Shown here in pieces: positions 60,901-64,000 of a stretch of 64,000 nucleotides of DNA. The notes below the pieces were generated by a model. It worked only from the letters and a program-made list of their open reading frames with translations. It had not been told where the DNA came from and ran no database searches. The position numbers and the translations under genes are program-made. The stretch lies in assembly GCA_036172245.1 (NCBI GenBank), contig JAYWIR010000047.1, positions 310,001-374,000 of the forward strand. The letters are read 5' to 3'. The stretch is from Raillietiella orientalis. Taxonomy: Eukaryota. Positions within the stretch are counted from its first letter, which is position 1. Every line of letters starts with the position of its first letter.

Positions 60901-62490
60901 TGTTCCCTTCGAGTCCTCACGGACCCCCGGAAAGGATTTTAAAAAAAAGGAAAAAAAAATCCTTGGACGCTATGTCAGAAGGAACAGGGACCCCGAGAGT
61001 GGGGGAGCGAGAAGATCCGCTCCCGGCCGCCCGTTCCCCTGCCGGGAGGGACGGAAAGGAAACGTTCCATGGTTCCCCCTGGATCCCTGTCCAGGGGAAG
61101 ACCGCGACCCTAGGAGAAGAGACGGATGGAGAGAGCTGGAGGCCTGGACGACCTCGGCGGCGGATGCTCGGCGCAACCTCCGACCTGCGTAGCAACGGAG
61201 CGGGGGACGATGCTTGACAGACTTCCTGTCCGTGCCTGGGTTTTCCGGGAACCCCGGGAACAGAAAGACCGCCCTGAGAGACGGAGGTCGCGTGAAGGGA
61301 GCAGCAGAACATTTCGGAAACTGCGCCCTCGAGGGGATCCTACGCAATGCTGGGGTTCTTGGGGTCCATCGGTCCTCCTCCCTTTTTGGCGGGAAAGGCA
61401 ATTCTGGAGGTTCGGCCTTCCTGCGTGCCTTTCGAGCTTCCCCTGCTCCTTCCTCCTCAGACCCCAGCGATATAGATTGCGCGCGCTCCTCCGCAGAGGG
61501 TTCCTTTGCGAGCGGCTCCGTCCCATGGCCTCAGGGAGGAGCCACTGCCGTCCTTTCTGGCGACCCCTCGGCAAGGAAGGGTGGGGGAGGAAGGCGGAGC
61601 ATCGGTTTCTCATGGATCTCCCTTAGGAGATCGCACCAGGCCGATAAAGCGGAGGGGATCTCCCAGTTCTCTCCCTGCAGAGCGCCTGCTGCTACCGACA
61701 CGGCTGTCGATTAGCGGAGCCTACGAGGAGTCGGGTGACCCTCCCCTTTGACCCCCAATACGGATGGATGCTGAATACGCTGCTATCGAGGTCGCTCTTT
61801 CGCCCTCACTCTGGGATCCAGGGACGTCTGAGTTCGTCTGAGTGACCTGCGCTTTCGGCGGCCCTTCTCTTCCACAGAGGCTGTTGGGCGATGCTCTCGG
61901 AAGGGATTCCCTCTCGCCGTCGTGCCGCCGGTGGGCGACGGCGACAGGTGACCAGCTAGGCTGCGACACCAATGGGTGCAGCATGCATTTTCGTGGGAAG
62001 GAAGGGGTCTGCCTTCCTGGTGTCTCTCTTGAAAGGCAAAGGGCGCGCATTCGAAGGAACGATAGAAACCCCGGAACATCCCTTCGTGGCCGGCTATCCA
62101 GACAAGAGGCATCCCGGTCCAGGGCAGAGCTTCCCTGTGTCCAGGGAAGCTCTGCCCTGGACCTGCAAAGGTTGCCCATCACAGGCAGCCTTTGCAGGTT
62201 TTCATAGGAATGGGAAGGACTCTCGTTGCTCCCGACTGCCTCCTTGTGCCCCTCTTCCGTGTATCTTGCAACGTCGGAGGGAAGACGGTCGTCGGAAGAG
62301 GCGAGGCACCCATGAGATGGCGCAGCCCTTCTTTCTCTTCTTTCACCTGTTCCCCCTCCACGAGGCTCTCCCATGAATCTCCGCCGCATCGTAAACTTGG
62401 ATGCTGGGAAAGGGGGATGAGCGAAGGCTGGGCGCGAGCCGAGGAGGCCGGTGCTCGGAGGCCGCTCCATCCCGCGCGCCATCTTGTTCC
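57950..62490 (-). mobile_element. Near full-length, very decayed L1/Tx1-like element
   Basis: Minus strand order: putative ORF1 (62.5-61.8 kb), EN-like NLY at ~61470, LLLKGAGPSILWRPLEN at ~60090 (cf. L.PK.G.....WRPI.L.N), post-RT region, and a degenerate C..C..LEHL knuckle at ~58110-58145. Confidence 0.5.
62116..62199. repeat. Two adjacent inverted repeats (22-bp perfect stem; 16-bp stem with one G-T pair)
   Basis: GGTCCAGGGCAGAGCTTCCCTG-TGTC-CAGGGAAGCTCTGCCCTGGACC (62116-62163) and ACCTGCAAAGGTTGCC-CATCACA-GGCAGCCTTTGCAGGT (62161-62199). Confidence 0.95.
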
Positions 62491-62559
62491 CCCTCCGGTC
62501 GTGCAACGGAGAGCGGACCCCCATCACCGGGGGACCACTTCCGCTTTCAAGATGGAGCA

Positions 62560-63030
62560 GGAGCCTTCACGGGCATCTCTCCAGTTGTTCAAAGGAGCGG
62601 ACCCTCCCCTTTGCGGGGGGGACCCTCTGAGTCGTCGCCTCTTCTCAGAGTGCAAGGAAGCAAGCGAGAGCGATTCCCTGCGGGAAGCTGCAGCGCCCCT
62701 TCTGAGTTTCGGAAACATCCCTTCGGGGTTTCCTTCAGAGGAGTGAACAGGAGCGGTTCTCTTGCGGCTTCCCTCCGGAGAAGAAATTCCTACAAGCGGA
62801 TCCTTTCCGGGTTCCCTTCGGAGAAGTTGAAACGGAGAGGATCACCCCCCTCCCAGGGAGTGTCCCTCCGGAGAGAATGAGGAAGGTTATTCCCTTCGGG
62901 GTTCCCCTTCGGAGACAACCAGGGTGGAAGGTGCGATCCCCCCGTCCGGGGGGAATCCCTCCCCAAGCATGAGAGGAACGGACTCCAAGCCCTTCCTGGA
63001 TTCATAGGTCGCACCTCCATCCCGGGGTGC
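62560..63030 (+). mobile_element. 5'-truncated composite SINE copy (linker and UNCG-hairpin array)
   Basis: Linker GGCATCTCTCCAGTTG. Loops TGCG (62679), TTCG (62722), TGCG (62763), TCCG (62806), TTCG (62895) and TCCG (62945). Landmarks GGAGACAACCAGGG and CCTTCCTGGATTC. Confidence 0.75.
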
Positions 63031-63239
63031 TTCCTATCCTGAAGAATTACACAGCCCCCTGCGGGTTGCCGTGGGCGAAGGGGCGTGGGAACAAAACAGT
63101 GTGTTTAATGTTTAAAAAGAGCCACGTGCGCCGCGAGGCACGCGACCGGCTCTGAGGTACTTAGCGAACCAAAAAAAAGAAAACTCTTGAAAAAAAAAAA
63201 GCTGGAGGGAAAACAGCAAAGACAGAAGAAAAAGAAGAA

Positions 63240-63700
63240 CCCAAGGATTTCCATCGTCGATGCCTACACAACCGAACCCAGGCGCCGCTGGTGCTGCAGC
63301 GCCGTCTCTCCCCCGGAAGAGAAGCGGCCGTCACTCACCGGCAGGAAGGAGATCCTTCCGCATCTTGGGGACGGCGAGACTCCCAGGGGATCCGGCGGAG
63401 CCACCACCGGCTTGTCCAGAGAGGCTGGCTGCATGCAATGGCGCAGCCCTCCACGGGCGCCAGCTGGCCGACGGCAGGCAGTAGAGTAAGAGGAATGCTA
63501 CCGTGGACCGGGAGCCTCCCTGGAAGAACCAGCGGTCTTGCTCCCCCCCCCCAATCGTGTGCTGCCAGCTCCTTTCTCTCCTTCAGCTGGCAGCACGCCC
63601 CCTCGCTCCGGGTCTCCCCGCCCACTCCGGGCGCGAGGGATGCGGAATCGATCCCTTGTCTGCTGCCGGAGGGGGGGGGGATTCGCGGCGCTCTTCGGTA
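63240..63700 (-). mobile_element. RTE-like RT fragment
   Basis: Minus strand PLTLLPAVGQLA (cf. RGI.LL...GK..A), PWESRR (cf. LPESQ) and CVGIDDGNP (cf. FID..KAFD). Confidence 0.45.
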
Positions 63701-64000
63701 AGGGCGAAAGCATCACCAGAAGCTCTCTCTTGGGCTCGCGGAAGAACTCCCCCCTTTCTCTTCCTTCCCCAGTCAACTGCGGAGGAGATAGCACTTCTTC
63801 GCGCGCGCGGAAGACGAACTGCCTCCTGCCTCGACAGCTGCATCGAAGAGTCCCGCAGCTGCTGCGGCGCTCTCGAAGCTGAGAATGCGAGGCGTACTGA
63901 GGAGGGCAGGGCGACGGTCCAGTTGAAAGGAGGAGCGTAGGAACGGTGTCCTTGTCGGGTCGAGGAAGACATGATGGATGATGGATGACCTCTGTCCTCC

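Overview
Eukaryotic, GC-rich DNA with no obvious CpG depletion, most likely from an arthropod (a degenerate TTAGG tract plus a mariner/RTE/L1-Tx1/hAT/pogo fossil spectrum). It is not prokaryotic: no operons, rRNA, intact tRNA or CRISPR. Almost all ORFs in the track look like by-products of high GC or decayed transposons. The only credible host coding sequence is a probable first coding exon on the minus strand (8885-8429, MLKEGASINFEETTSAFRLVNPK..., ending at a GTAAGC donor) with a GC-rich promoter-like region. Its downstream exons are not in the window. The ~55 kb upstream is a gene desert of heavily decayed non-LTR retrotransposons and DNA-transposon remnants, with several AT-richer, TAAT-dense enhancer-like islands. 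The most notable observations are: (1) a dispersed ~650-bp tRNA-headed SINE-like family carrying a CTCF-like motif and a ~41-nt-periodic array of UNCG-tetraloop stem-loops; (2) two back-to-back near-perfect hairpins at 62116-62199 inside an otherwise decayed LINE; (3) an inverted LINE 3' end flanked by ~135-bp direct repeats; (4) a stem-loop in LINE 3' UTRs that keeps pairing despite sequence change. All TE family calls come from recognising degenerate motifs by eye, so their boundaries are approximate.
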